Source: Lama guanicoe (taxonomy: Eukaryota). From it: 64,000 nucleotides of DNA. Position numbers and translations under genes: made by a program. Below are positions 11,921 through 25,516 of this stretch, piece after piece; positions within the stretch are counted from its first letter, which is position 1, and each line of letters starts with the position of its first letter. The stretch is taken from positions 409,098-473,097 of the forward strand of contig MU054096.1 of NCBI GenBank assembly GCA_013239625.1. Direction: 5' to 3'. Under the pieces are notes generated by a model. It was not told where the DNA came from, ran no database searches, and worked only from the letters and a program-made list of their open reading frames with translations.

Positions 11921-13577
11921 TTTTGCTTTCATATTCTTTTTCATTCAAGTCTTTCTTACCCTCCTGTGGAACTCTAGACTTTCCAAAGGCTTCTGCATAC
12001 ACACTCTCACACACAACCTTCAGGTGAGCTGGACAGAACATGCGTTATTTCCAGCTTGATAGGAGCAAGCTGAACCTCAGAGGAAAAGAAAGTATTTGCA
12101 AGGGTGACACAGCTAAAAATTGAGGGGAGTAATACTTAAACCCCGGTCTTCTAACTCCAAAATCACTACTCTTTCTACCAAATCAGGCTCAATAGAACCA
12201 TCTTTTGTAATAGAATAGGTGGGATTAACTGTAATAAGTTTAGGTAAAGTATAACACTAGACTAAGCCAATTTCTGTGATTTTTATAATATGAACAATGA
12301 CACTTTGTAGTAATGCTCTAACACGATTTTCAAATTTTAAATGACCTAAAGCAATAAGCAGGGAAGTGACACTGCCTGTAATTGACAAAGAAGGAAACTG
12401 AAGGACAAGGAAATTAAATGGCATCTGAATCTTCTGACTCCCTGCACACTCATCACTGGGGGAGACTGCTTCCCGAAACTCTGCATCACCACGTAAGTGA
12501 CCCTTGTCTGTACAGTTACGGCCACACTTACACATTCCCGGTCACATTTTAAAATCCAACTCATCCTTGTTCTTCCTTCACATGCTGCACCTTTTCTGTC
12601 CTGAGTTCTCTTTCTAAGATATTTATGATGAACCTTGAACCAAAGATGCTTCCACCTATAACTGAAGAGTTCAATGAGTTTCGTGAAACTGCAATGAGAT
12701 CATCTTTGCCCCTCTTCCAATCCCAGCCTTCCTTTAGAAAGAGCAAAAGGCTTGTCAAAATTGGCACCTTTTAAATTGGCAGCGTCTCAGAGAAACAAAA
12801 ACAAAAACTTGCTTTGAAAATCGTTGAGGTGGGATGTCAGAGGTGTCACTGGCGGTGTTAACCCACGTGGCTGGTGTTGGTAGTGGCTCTGCTCTCTACT
12901 GGGCTTGTCAAGACAGCACTGGGCTTACCCGGTCATCAGAGAACACGGAGTGAGAAGTTTACAGGTTCTTAGAAGAAGAAAAATGGCATTCTCTTCCTCC
13001 TTCCAGTAGCAGTCAGGAAGATCTGCCGTTTAAATTTTTTTCAACCCAGCTGGTAGAAGCCATATCCAGCACCATTTCTGAAGCTCACAGGCCCAGGACC
13101 CTATGTTCCTCCTCCTTCAGTATCAAAAACCAGAATGCTCTCCTTGGATCTCAGTCACTGACAGAGGCTTTTCTAAAAGGGAAAAATTAAACATCAAACT
13201 ACAGATTGAAGAGAAGCATTATGTAGAGTAAATAAAGAGGCTATTTTTAAAAGTTTTCCCACCTTTCTATGTTCACTGCTCCCTGCAGAAAGCCAACTTG
13301 ATTCAAAGATTAGCTGAAAATTTGGGAAGAAATGGAGGAGCTGACAGCACCGTGGTGCTGACGCCTTGGCCATAGGCTCAGAAAGCCTTTCAACCTGGAG
13401 GCGTAAACCCCCACTGTGCACTGAGAAACCGGTGAGGACAGCAGGAGCCTGGAGGTGATAACCAAGGTGGGCTGGTGTCAGGGAGGAGAGCCTTAGGGTA
13501 CAGAGCGTCTGTCCAATCAAGGAAAGGCTTTTCATTGTTGACACTGCCTGGAAGCACATTTTAAAGTTAGGTGGAAT

Positions 13578-13934
13578 CTTAAAAAAAAGAAAAGAAAAAA
13601 GAGAGCACTAATGAACTCATCTACAAAACAGAGGCAGGCTGGCAGACATAGAAAACAAGCTTATGGTTACCAGGAGAAAGAGAGTGGGAAGGGATAAATT
13701 TGGGAGTTTGAGATTTGCAAATGTTAGCCACTATATATAAAAATAGATTTAAAAAAAACCCAAATTTCTTCTGTATAGCACAGGGAACTATATTCAATAT
13801 CCTGTAATAACCTTTAATGAAAAAGAATCTGAAAACAAATATATGTATGTACATGCATGACTGGGACACGATGCTGGATGCCAGAAATTGACACATTGTA
13901 ACTGTACTTCAATTAAAAAAAATAAGGAAAATAA
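13578..13934 (+). mobile_element. Young L1 3' UTR fragment
   Basis: 15-bp TSD AAAGTTAGGTGGAAT (13563-13577 / 13935-13949); A-rich tail. Confidence 0.92.
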
Positions 13935-14269
13935 AAAGTTAGGTGGAATTTATTTCTACTGGCAAACTCTTCTTTTAATTTGTATTCGGAAAGTGGTTAG
14001 TCTGCAGAGAGGAAGAAATCGGACTACTAAGCCAGAATGATTAAATAAAAGTCTGTTTCATAAAATAATTGGAGATGTGACTCGGAGGTCAGTCATGACC
14101 CATCACCCTTCATGTTTTAATCCTAAAATCCACAGCATGTCAAAGAATTCCACTTGCCACTCAGACTGTCTTATTGCTCACTGACAAATAGTTTGGTGTG
14201 TAATTAAGTATGATATAAAATACGAAACTTTCAGCAATGCAGTGGGGTAAGAAATGAGGAAATGAATGA

Positions 14270-14650
14270 GCGCTAACAGTGTAGATTCCGGAGGTGACTA
14301 CTGGACTCTTAGCCCTGATTCCATCACTTTCTCAGTATGTAATCTTAGGCAGGTTACTTCAGTTAGCTCATCTTTAAAGTGGGGGTAAGTGGGGAGGGTG
14401 TAGCTCAGTGATAGAGCACATGCTTAGTGCACGAGGTCCTGGGTTCAATCCCCAGCACCTCCATTACAAGTAAATAAATTCCTAATTATCTTGTCCCCCT
14501 GAAAATTTTTAAAGACTGAAAAAAAATTTCTTTGAATGGAGCTAAGAACTGTACCTATCTCATTGGGCTATTGTGAAGATTAAAGAAAATAATGTCAATA
14601 AAATTTTTAGCACAGTATCTGGTAAAAATGCATGCTCAGTAAAATACATA
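14270..14650 (+). mobile_element. MIR split by a vic-1-like SINE
   Basis: MIR core (ATCTTAGGCAGGTTACTT..CTCATCTTTAAAGTGGGG) resumes after the SINE (TACCTATCTCATTGGGCTATTGTGAAGATTAA). Confidence 0.65.
14391..14525 (+). mobile_element. vic-1-like SINE
   Basis: GGGGAGGGTGTAGCTCAGTGATAGAGCACATGCTTAG...GGTTCAATCCCCAGCACCTCCA. Confidence 0.9.
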
Positions 14651-15061
14651 TGCTCTTATTATAAGGAGTAGCTTTACCATTCTCCTAGACTGGAAGGCTC
14701 AAACCTTCAAATTCCAAATTTCTCTCTGATGACTCCTTTTCATACTCAAAGCAAAAGCTACCACCCAACCCAACGGCCAATCAGTAATGACACCGTCTAA
14801 AAGCCGTGTTCCAGTCCCTGCCATCATCCTTCACTTCCTCCCCCAGGGCCTTCCCCGAAACTCACCAGGCCCTTCCTCCTGGGCCACAGACCTGTCCTCT
14901 ACCTGCCTCTGCGATCTGTCCTCCTTTCCCCAATCTGCTCGCTACGTGGTTGGCAGCCACAGCTGTGAATACTTCCCTCCTTCCAAAGACCTCCTATGGT
15001 GACCATTTTTTTTTTTAACAGCTCATTACTTCCCTTTTTAAGATCTGCCCTCATGTGACCT

Positions 15062-15443
15062 TGTGATAGATTTGATTATTGGTCTCAATTCTCCGTCCCA
15101 CCGTATTCGGACTCTCCATCCAGACATGTGCCCTGTAACTTTGCTGCATCCTCTGGCTGCTGGGGGGGGGGCGTACTTCCCCACCCACGTGACTTGCTTT
15201 GGCAATGGGCTGTGAATAGGTGTTGCAGGAGCAAAGGTCGTAACTGTATTTCTCACGGTTTGGTGTGACTCTTAGGCTCTAGATCTGTCATGAGAAGAAC
15301 ATGTGGAATCAGAGTGGAATCAGAGCTCCCCAGCCAAGCCCAGGTGAGACCAGCCACGATGCGGCAGACAGACGCTTGCTGATGTGAAGCACGGGGAGTA
15401 CTGGGTGGTTCATTTCATTCTTGTGCTGACAGCTAAGGGTACA
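15062..15443 (+). mobile_element. MaLR solo LTR (old MLT1 subfamily)
   Basis: TG start, CACGTGACTTGCTTTGGCAATGG core, ends AGCTAAGGGTACA. Confidence 0.7.
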
Positions 15444-15700
15444 GACCGACTGCTTTTCCAGCTGCACCTTTGACTGCAGTCTTGTGAATGTGCTGCCGTC
15501 TAGCTGATCGTGACAACTCGGTTGTCATGAAGATGCCCTCGGCTTTTCAGCCTTTGATAGCCTGGTCTTTATTTTGGTATTCAAACTAATATTAATATAT
15601 CTAGTATTTATTGGCACTGGGTTAAACAATCATGGATGATCTCTATAATCCTCTGGAATCTCAAGGCAGACTACCACAGAATTTTTTAGTTTACCTTTTC

Positions 15701-15881
15701 TTTCTTTTTTTTTTTAATTGACGTATAGTCAATTACAATGTGTCAATGTCTGTGTACAGCACAATGTCCCAGTCATGCATGTACATGCATATATTTCATT
15801 AAAGGTTATTACAAACTAGTGAATATAGTTCCCTGTGCTTTACAGAAGAAATTTGTTTTTCATCTATTTTTATATATAGTC
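15701..15881 (-). mobile_element. Young L1 3' terminal fragment
   Basis: 13-bp TSD AGTTTACCTTTTC (15688-15700 / 15882-15894). Confidence 0.9.
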
Positions 15882-16787
15882 AGTTTACCTTTTCACATGC
15901 ATGTAGTCTGACTTCATAACTGGAGAGATGGACCTTGCCTTTTGATAAGGGGCTCATGTGTATGAAGGATCGCTGTGTCCAGAACTGACTGGCATTTTAT
16001 CTACAGTGCCCATCCATGAGGTAGAGATCATTGTCCCCATTTTATAGATGGAGAAGGAGAAACTAGAGGTCATGCACTTGTTCAAAATGGAAACAGTAGA
16101 GGTGGGGCTGAAATCCGCTTTGCTCTGCCTCTAGATACCCTGCTTTTGGGCTCTGCCGTCTTATCTTCCGCATGTCACAAAATTAATAAGCAGTGGCTTT
16201 ACTGAGCAGGCGAGTGACGAGAACAATAGTGTGTTTTAAGTGCGAAGACACTGGAAGATGAAGTGCCACATCTTAGTGATGTTATCAGAGATACGGTTTA
16301 CAGATTTAGATTCCAAACCTTAAATAGCTCATGCTTCTGTGTCTTGAGGCTCGCGTTGAATATTGCCAATGTTTGTGTCTTCGAGTTCTGTAGAAGTCAG
16401 GAGGAAACCACAGAGCAACCCCCCCAGGAGAGCAGAGAGAGTCTGACCTAAGCCCACAAAAGCCAGAAGCAGCGGGGTGGGAGTCGCAACCTTGGCTCGA
16501 CACGTTGCCTCCAGTTCACAAGCTGGCACCTTCAGGCTTTCTGTCTATTTTAACAGCAGAGTGCTAGCCTCAAATTTGGCAACCTTAGCTCTGCATCTCT
16601 TGACTCCGTGTGTTGAAGATCGACTCTGCCTGGTACTATTTTGAAGCAGCTGTTTGTCAGGGCTGGAGAGAGGCAGGGAACAGAAGAGGGTTCATGGGAG
16701 GGGCTTCTCGCAGAATTGAAGTCACTCAACCAGCAGTCTCAAGTGCAGCTTCTCTGACTCCGATGGGCTAAATGGACTCACTCCAAG

Positions 16788-16978
16788 CCAGGGCTTCTCA
16801 CCTGGCGCTGCCGATGCGAAGGCTGGACGGCCATGTCCTGGGGGCTGTCCTGTGTGTGGAGGGACACCTAGCATTCTGGTCTCCACCCATCAGATGCCCA
16901 GTGGTGAGGGTAAAAAAATGTCTACAGATATTGCCGAATGTCCCCTGGAGGTCAAATCGCCCCATTACAGAACCACTG
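16788..16978 (-). mobile_element. MER20 (hAT-Charlie MITE)
   Basis: Ends CAGGGCTTCTCA...AGAACCACTG; internal AATGTCTACAGATATTGCCGAATGTCCCCTGG. Confidence 0.8.
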
Positions 16979-17135
16979 CTCTAAATGCATAAATGAGACT
17001 GAGATGATTATAGGGCTTTTAAGCTCGGACTGAAAGGAAAAATAAAAGGATGACAGATGAACTTATCTTGAAAAATTATCCTAATAACAATTAGATGAAA
17101 TAATGGGGGGAATTAATTTTTTTTTAAAGTCTTAC

Positions 17136-17520
17136 GTGGAACCTAAAAAAAAAAAGAAAAAAGAAAAAAGAGGACACTAATGAACTCATCTACAAAACAG
17201 AGACAGACTCGCAGGCATAGCAAAAATCTTATGATTATGGTGGGAAACGGGGTGGGAAGGGATAAATTTGAGAGTTTGAGATTTACAAATCTTAGCCACT
17301 ATGTATAAAAATAGATTTAAAAAAGCCAAATTTCTCCTGTATAGCACAGGGAACTATATTCAGTATCTTGTAACAACCTTTAATGAAAAAGACTATGAAA
17401 ACAAATATATGTATATACATGCATGACTGGGACATGATACTGGACACCGGAAATGGACACGTTGTAATTGACTACACTTCAATAATAAATAAATAAGTAA
17501 ATAAATTAAATTTAAAAAAT
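17136..17520 (+). mobile_element. Young L1 3' UTR fragment
   Basis: TSD TTAAAGTCTTAC on both sides; A-rich tail. Confidence 0.92.
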
Positions 17521-20461
17521 TTAAAGTCTTACTTATCAGTATTATACACATTTAGGACAGAAAAAGTCAGATGGAGGCACCAACCAAAGCATAGAGTAAA
17601 GCAAGCTGTGTAGCAATGCCCAGGAAATTAACGGTGCAGCCTAAACCAAAATTTGTCTCTCTCATAGCAGGTGGTGGGTTGCTGTAGGGAGTTGGCAGAC
17701 TGAGGGCAATGGTTTCCTTCTTGATCGTGGGGTTCCATGTCCTCAGAGCCAGGAAACTCGAGACCTCTACCCGCAGAGATGTCACTTGCCCAAGTTCACA
17801 AGGACAGAGTGAGGAATTGACCCAGGTCCGCCTGGCTCCCCAGCCTGAGTTTTTCCATCTCTATGGTGTCCACATCCCGCAGCTAGAAGACCACAGATTC
17901 CATGGAACTTCACGAATAATCATCATATTTGTTACCTCACCTCCCACGGAACCCAGGATTGGTCTGTCTTCAGATGCCTCTGATCACACATGGTGGTCAG
18001 GGAAATTGTCTGCTGCCCCGTGGGACAGGCTTGCAGAAGCCTCAAGCTCAAATAGCGTGTGGTTTGGTGATTCTAATCAGAGCCACCCAGAGAAAGGAAG
18101 GAAGGCATGTCATTATTTAGACTGAGCTGGCAGAAACTACTGGGGAGACAGCACTCAAGCCGTACAGGAAAGTGGCCCCAGTGCTTCTGGGAGGAATTCC
18201 ACATCAGGATGGGATGGGAGGACCAGGTAGAACTCTCTTATGATGGGTCCAGCAGAGAAGGAGACCCTCTTGGAAAAGGCGGGGGTGGGGGGGAAGGGAC
18301 TAGGCAAAAACAGATGCCACAGTGAGGGGTTGACCTTTGATCCTCTGAAATTCTGCTAACATAGTTATATTCCTCAGACTCAAGCTAAATCTTGGTGCTA
18401 TTCATTATTAAATAAAATGCCAGGAGATATATAATACCCAGGAGTTATTGATGGTGAGTTTCATTTTTATTTATTTATTTTTATTGCTTTCCCCAAAAGC
18501 ATGTTTCGTAAGGGTAAGGGAGAACTTGACCAAGGTAGGTGACATTGACTTGGTGGTGATACTGGTCCTACCCAGAGTTCACAGAGCAGGAAAGGAGGTG
18601 AGATGCTTGGACACATCCTGCTATGCTACTTTCCGTGGGAGGAAGAGCAGCAGGGGTGGGGAGGGTGCTGAGTATTAGCAGAAAGAGCTTGTGCAAAGAT
18701 CCTGGGGAGAGGACAATCTTCGGTCTTTGGAGGAATTGAAAGCTAGCTAGCAGAAGTGGGAAGGGGTCAGGTCAGATGAACGGTTTGGTTCTTTATCCTG
18801 AAAGAAACTGATTGACAGCTTCAGAGTCACCTTCAGAAAGAGCTCTGTTATGCAGAGAAGGGTTTGGATGAGGCCAGAGCTGACATTCAGGGGAGATACT
18901 GCAGTAGTTCTGAGAGCAGAAGAGAGTCAAGGGGTGGCAGAGACAGAGAGAAGCAGACAGACAGAAGCGATGTTGGAGAGGACTAACTGGTCTCCCAGTC
19001 TCTCACCCTCTGGAATCCCAGGTTCTGCACAATTGCAATCCAAGATTTTATGATATCTATTTCCTGTGACTCTTAAATGTTACACATGGCCATCATGTTC
19101 TCCAGGGCTCTCATTTTATAGATAAAGAAACCCGAGGTCTGAAATGTGAAGCGATTTGCTCAAGGTCACGAGATAGTGACCTCAGCAGGACTAGAACCCA
19201 GGACACCACACCAGACGGTTGGGGCTGCTCAGGGTCCTGAGATCAACGAGCACAGAATCTTTATGGTCATGGAAATACACTGCAAGAAGACGTGGGAGGT
19301 GGAAAGAGATACCGGCTTGAACCTCATTTCTGGTACCCAGTGTGCTGTATATGAGAGCAAGGCTGACTTAGTGTCTGCTTGCCCCGAACCTGTCTTTCAA
19401 CATCAGGGAAAGAGTCTGGTCATGAATACTCTTCATCATCAACTAATATCAGAGAACTTGGAAATACACGTAGGATGAGAAGTGAGTGGTTGACATGCAG
19501 GGATAGATTTTTTTTTTTAGCCTAGTAAGACCAGAGTGTTGGCTTATAAAAGGAAATTTGGGTTTCTCATGTACATTAAAGGGAGAATTGATTTAAGATA
19601 GGATTCTTTGCCCACAAACTGGAGAAACATCCTCTGGCTAATTCAGGCAAAAGCAAAATAAAATAGAATAAAACTTTTAAAAAACACAGCAACCAAGAAC
19701 AAACAAATGAAAGACTCTCAATCAGCCAATCCACACCCAAAAAAGGACAACAAAAGAGGAAGTTGTCAGGCTCTTGGGAGTTCCCAGAGGCAACAAGGAT
19801 GCTGGAGAGCTGGGCCTGGGAAGGCACGGGGAGGAGGAGCTGTGGGGCTGGGGGCAGGTGCCACTGCGATGCCCTCTCTCCGCAACTGGGATGTCTGCAG
19901 TCTGCTCCTGAGGTGTCAGTTTCAGGAGGGAGCTTCTGATTGGCTGGCTCAGGAGGGGGTGGGCTGACCCCGGACACAGTACCTCCAGGGAGCATGCAAC
20001 TGGGAAAATTGAGGTTATGAATTGGGGTTGCTGCCAGGAGGAGCACGTGGCTCCTAGGTACCCCGCAGCATGTGTGCACTTACATGTGCGTCAGAAGGAC
20101 AGTTCTCACAGTGAGGTTCAGTTTCAGGAATATTATCTCTTACGCCTCCTTCCCTCTCTCTCCTTACTCTGTTTCCCCACCCCACCCTCTAGGGCCTTCA
20201 GACACTGGTCGGAGGGCATCCCTACACGCTGCAGACCAACAGAAAGTGATGGAGGAGAAAAGCCACTCGCTCCACAGGACACGGTGGTCAGGACCCAACC
20301 ACACGCTCGGAGACGGAGCAGCGGGAGTGGCAGGGGTGGCTGGAAGACATAGGATGGCTAAGCATCGATGACAGCGAGAAGTGAAGAGAGGAAGGTGAAT
20401 GTTAGGGATGAGGATGGTCTTGGGGCACCTCTGATGGCCCAGGGACGCCATCAAAGTCTCC

Positions 20462-20862
20462 GACCCTGAGATCGTCGTCTAAGTGAGGTAAGCCAGAAAG
20501 AGAAAGAAAAATACCATATGATAGCACTCATATGTAGAATCTAAAAAAAAAAGAAAAAAATAGGACACTAATGATCTCATTTACAAAACAGAAAACAGAC
20601 TCTCAGGCATAGTAAACAACCTTACGGTAAATTTGGGAGTTCAATATTTGCAAATACTAAGTATTATATATATAAATAGATTTAAAAAACAAGTTTCGTC
20701 TGTACAGCACAGGGAACTATATTCAATATTGTGTCATAACCTTTAATGAAGAAGAATATAAAAATGAATATATGTATGCATATGTGTGATTGAAACATGA
20801 TGTTGGACACCAGAAATTGACACACTGTAACTGACTATACTTCAATTACAAAAAAGAAAAAA
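20462..20862 (+). mobile_element. Young L1 3' fragment (last ORF2 codons plus 3' UTR)
   Basis: AAGCCAGAAAGAGAAAGAAAAATACCATATG...ACACCAGAAATTGACAC, poly-A. Confidence 0.9.
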
Positions 20863-22993
20863 AGGGAGTCAGGGAAGGGTCTAATTATAACATCCAGCTA
20901 TACTGTCTTAGTTGGCAATTGTGGCAGAAGCTACTAACTGGCCCCCAATATCCATTTTCCTTTTCTTACATATTTCAGTTCTGATTTTTGGGTGGCACCT
21001 GGAACCGTGAGGAAAGACCTTCTTTTCTCTGTAAGATGTTAAAAACATCACAGGAAGGGCTTGAATTCTTTTGGCCTTGGATCATGTGCCTACCTCTGGC
21101 TCGAGAGACGTGACAGGGGATAAAACATTTAAGACGAACAGTTCCTGCAAGATCTGTGCAGTCAGCCTGGTTCTCCAGAAGATGCGGGTCCGTCCCCAGG
21201 AGAGACGGACACCGGACAGAGCAAAGAGTAGAAGCTCAAATCAGGGCTTATAAGATTTCTGAGGCTGGTTCTTCCTGTTTGGGTCCTGGAGCCCTCTGTG
21301 GTCACTGTGAAAGGTGATCTAGGCTCATTGCCAAGTTGTATGTCAAGGAGGAAGGCGGAGTGTTTTTTCTGATCTTAAACTTTTATCTCTCACGTGTGCT
21401 GCCTGGATAAATCGACTTATTACCACTTTCTCTGTTTTGCCCTCTATCCTGCCTGGTGTCTGTTATGTTTCTGTTAAAAATCTTATTCACACGTTTGTGC
21501 GCTTGTCTTGATTATAGGACTTTTTATTTGTTACTGCTTCCTGATCCTCTCTTTACTTCAAACCCATTGATTCAATCATCGGGTGCCCCAGACACATACA
21601 TGTGCCCACATCACAACAAAGACTATCCCGAGTGACAGGAAACAAAAGCCAAAGCTGTGGAAATAAAGACAAGAAACAACTTTCAGAATACACAGACCCA
21701 CCCGAAAAGCGTGGGGTATGTGCTGCTTGGGGTGACAAGGATGAAAAGGGAATGCAGCTTTAGCTTCCAGAGCAGAGAATAAATAGGAAATGACTAACAT
21801 GGAAAATCCTAGGACTGTAAGTACGTTATTTAATCATCTGAAGGCAAATGCCAAGGGAACAGCAAACGAGAGATGAGGGGGGTTGTTTCTGAGGAGTAGG
21901 AAGTGGTGAGAAAACAAAATGGTTGAGGTCGCTGAGAAGTTTCAGAATAAATCCTGCTGAATCGTTGATGTGATAAAAGTAAAATAAAATCGGAGGAATC
22001 CGGAGTCTGAGCCAACGCTTGTGGATTCTGACCTGGCTTAGCTGCGTGCCCAGGGTTCTGCCTGTCCTCCCTGTGAGCTGGGTGCCCTTATAATCTCTTC
22101 CTTGAAAGAAGTACACAGGAGATGAAAGAGTTGTAAGAAATCGTATATCTCAAAAATGTCTCTAATCTACACTGTAATCTACAACTGAAACCTAACTGTA
22201 ATGGGCATAGAATTCTAAAGTGGAATCCTTTCTCCCTCAACATTTCTCCAAATTGTCTTTTTTTCTAATTTCTCTAAATTGTCTTTTATTTCCTCTGTTT
22301 CACTAAGCAATCTGAAGCCATTCCGAGTCTTGGTCCTCTGAAAGTAAACTTTTTTTTTTTCTTTTCTGGACGCTTTTGCTATTTTCTCTTTGACTCCAGT
22401 ATTCTATGATTGTACAGCTGGGGTAAGGATCTATTCTAATTTCTTATGGTGAAACGTGGGGAGACCTTCAGTTCTGGAACTTTTTCTTTAGCTATTTCAC
22501 TGATGATTTTCCATCTTTCCAGAATTCCTTTCATTTGGATGTTTAGCTTGCTGGACACTCTCTGAGCTCTAATTTGCAAATCTTTTCTCTTTTATTTATT
22601 TTATTTTTCCGTCTTCTAGTCTTTTTGCTCGACTTTCTCAGAAATTTCCCCTAAATTATCTTCCAGCCCTTCTACTGGGATGTTTATTTCCGCTTTCAGA
22701 TTTTTATTTTCCAAAACTCGCTCTTACTATCTGCATGCTTTTTTCTAAACAATAAATCCTGTTTTTATTTCATATACGTGGTATCTTTTCTCTTAGAGAA
22801 TGTTCATAGTTTTATGCCATTGTCATCTCCTTGCTTGGACTGACTTTCAGGCTGTGGTGTTCCTCTGGTGTCTGATGGTCCTTGGGTCACCAAATATGGT
22901 GCTCATATTGAAGAATTTAGCTTGCTTGGATTTATTAAGACTGTCAATACAATACTGATCTCCAGCTTCCAAAACTGTATCACTGTCAAAAAA

Positions 22994-23110
22994 GGAGAGA
23001 GGGTAGAGCACATGCTTAGCATGCACGAGGTCCTGGGTTCAATCCCCAGCACCTCCATCAAACAAACAAACAAAAATAAATAAACCCAATAATAACCACC
23101 ACCCCAAAAG
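22994..23110 (+). mobile_element. vic-1-like SINE (5'-damaged)
   Basis: GTAGAGCACATGCTTAGCATGCACGAGGTCCTGGGTTCAATCCCCAGCACCTCCA. Confidence 0.88.
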
Positions 23111-24677
23111 GGAGAGATTCTTCAAAAAAGAGAATAATGTTAATGGGAAGAGAAGTGATTTTCATTCTCCCTCCCCTGTTGATAGACGATCTTTGGAGCA
23201 GAGCCCAGGCAGCAGTTTGGTAGCACAGGGCAGGAAAATATTCTTGCTCCCCCGTCCGGAACAATTCCCTTCTGCTTCCAAACTTACAAGCCCTACTCAG
23301 CCAAGCCCTGTGCTCAAACCTCCCGTTTCTCTCAGACTTGAGCCCCACCCACTGCAAGCCCCTGGGGTGGGTGGTGGTGGTTCCCAGCTCCCCGAACCTT
23401 TCATTCCCTAAGCAGCTGATCAAAGTCGCCTTCTCATCCACCTCCAGGTCTTTCCCTCAAAGCAATTTCAGAAAATAGCATTTTCTCTATCTCGCGACAT
23501 TTCCTGAGATTTTAGTTGCTTTTAAATGTCGATGGCCAGACGACCCAGTCTCTTTTTTCCAGCCTCAGTCTCCTCCTCTGTAAAATGGGGCTAGCACTGC
23601 CTCCCCCATGCACCACTGTGACCGGAAGTTAAAGGAGACCAGCCAACCGTCAGAGCTGCCCCTTGGAGATCATCCCCACCTGCGACAACTCTGACACCTG
23701 CGCTGGCGGTGGGGACACCTTCTCCCAAGGCCTCTTTACCCGAAGGCCCTGCGTTGAGGGTTTGCAGGTTTTCCCAGCAGGGCTAGAGTGTTTGCAAAAG
23801 TGAAAGTAACTTTAGAGCCCTGCTGATCAAAACATCAGGTGAAAAAAATCCAGTAACTAAATTCTCACCTCGACAACCGTTGTAAGTAAAAACCAAAGAG
23901 GAGAGACGATCGAGCCTCTCCAGCCGGGCAGGCAGCAGGGCTTCTGCCCAGACCCAGGGAAGGTGCCAGACTCCCTGCTTCCTCAGACCAGGGAGCGCCC
24001 GCGTGACACCTCGCGCTCTGCAACCCCCCCACCCCAGCCCCAGCCTGCTTCCTTCTATTTTGATGTCTTAGAGAGGAACAGGAAAGGGTATAGTTTTTAA
24101 GTGTTTCTCAGCACTTGGGGTCCGCCTGTGTTCTAGAAGATTGAGAAGGTGGTGAGTTTGCTGCAGAGAAGGGTTCCGGCCCCCAGGTCCCCCAGATCGG
24201 GCTTTAGCCCTACAGCCGGCCGACTCGCAGGGTGGGGGGGACGGTCGCCAGCTCCCGTCCAGCTGCACGGGGGGCCCCAGTTCACACTGCATGTGGTATT
24301 CAAACCCGAAGGTACAAAAGACTCCAAGACTCTCTTATTTACTTATCAGTGAAAGGGGCGGAGGCGGCAGAGCTCAGGTCTGAGATGAGGCTGTGTCTCC
24401 CGGGAGCCCAGGCAAGACAGTGATGACCAGGCTGCTGGGACCACGGTCATCGCCCAGCCCTCCTGAAATGAACACATTTAGACTGAAACCTGCTATGCAA
24501 ATAGCAAATAGAAAAACACACCTGGTTTCCAAATGCAGTGCACGCCCTTCAGGGCAGCTCCCGCGTGCCTGGTCTTTCCCCTGGAAGGCACTTCTATCCA
24601 GTTTTCTATTTTTTGTTTCCCAACTTGGCTTCCAGTTATTTTTTCTCCTTTTCTTTGGGTCAGGTTAGTTCCACTGA

Positions 24678-24900
24678 TGCGTTTGCCATATTTGGAAACT
24701 AAAACACAGGTAAATTTGAATTTCCGGTAAACAATGAAAACAATTTTAGCACTAATTTGTCCAGTGTGATATTTGCCCACGCGCAGAGCAAACAGTTACT
24801 TGTTAGTTATCTGAAATCGAACGGAGCAGATTCATACTGAAATCATTCATTTATCTGAAATTCGGATTTAACTGGGTCTGTGTTTCCTCTGGCAGTGCTA
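24678..24900. mobile_element. MER53 palindromic hAT MITE
   Basis: TTGCCATATTT..TAAATTTGAATTTC...TATCTGAAATTCGGATTTAACTGGG..CTGGCA. Confidence 0.75.
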
Positions 24901-25516
24901 ACTCTAGATCTTTCCTCTCCTCTCCTGAACACTTTCTAGGGAAAGCCTTTCTTTAATCCACGGGGAGAAATAAGGGCTTACAAGCTTGTTAGTTACCTGG
25001 CTTCGACCTGCTATGATGATTTCATATTGAATTGAGGAGCTGGGCTGGTTTCAGTTTGCCGGCTGTTGGTAGGGTGAATAGAGTTTCCTGTTTGCTCCTC
25101 CCAGGGAATAACCTTATTATGAACATTCATAGCTTTCTCAACAGATGTGTCAAGCAGGATACCTAATTCTGCAACATCAAATTCCTAGCCCATGGGTTAT
25201 GGAACGGACAGAGAATTCATTCTATTTTTTTGTTTTGTTTTGAGCTCTTCTTTTAAACTGGGAGAACTTCAATTCAAAGAGGAAGTCTTTCTTGAGTAAA
25301 TGTTAGGTATATTAAGTCACGAGCCAGATCCTTCTCCAGTTACAAAGCTTCAAAGATCCATCTCCCACTTTTACCACATTCTAATTCATTTAGGGAACAT
25401 GTGTGAAAAGGTAGCTAAGCTTTAGACAGTATATTTGCTGTGTGAGCAGCATCCATTTAAAATGCTATTTATTATGAAGGGATTCCATTCCCTATATTTT
25501 TTTAAATGTGTTGTTA

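Noticed and set aside
19576..20079. Longest ORFs (167 aa here; also 47988-48476 and 4248-4724) as genes
   Set aside because: No recognisable homology and random-like composition; the latter two run through MER58A/MLT1 and the MER41-like LTR.
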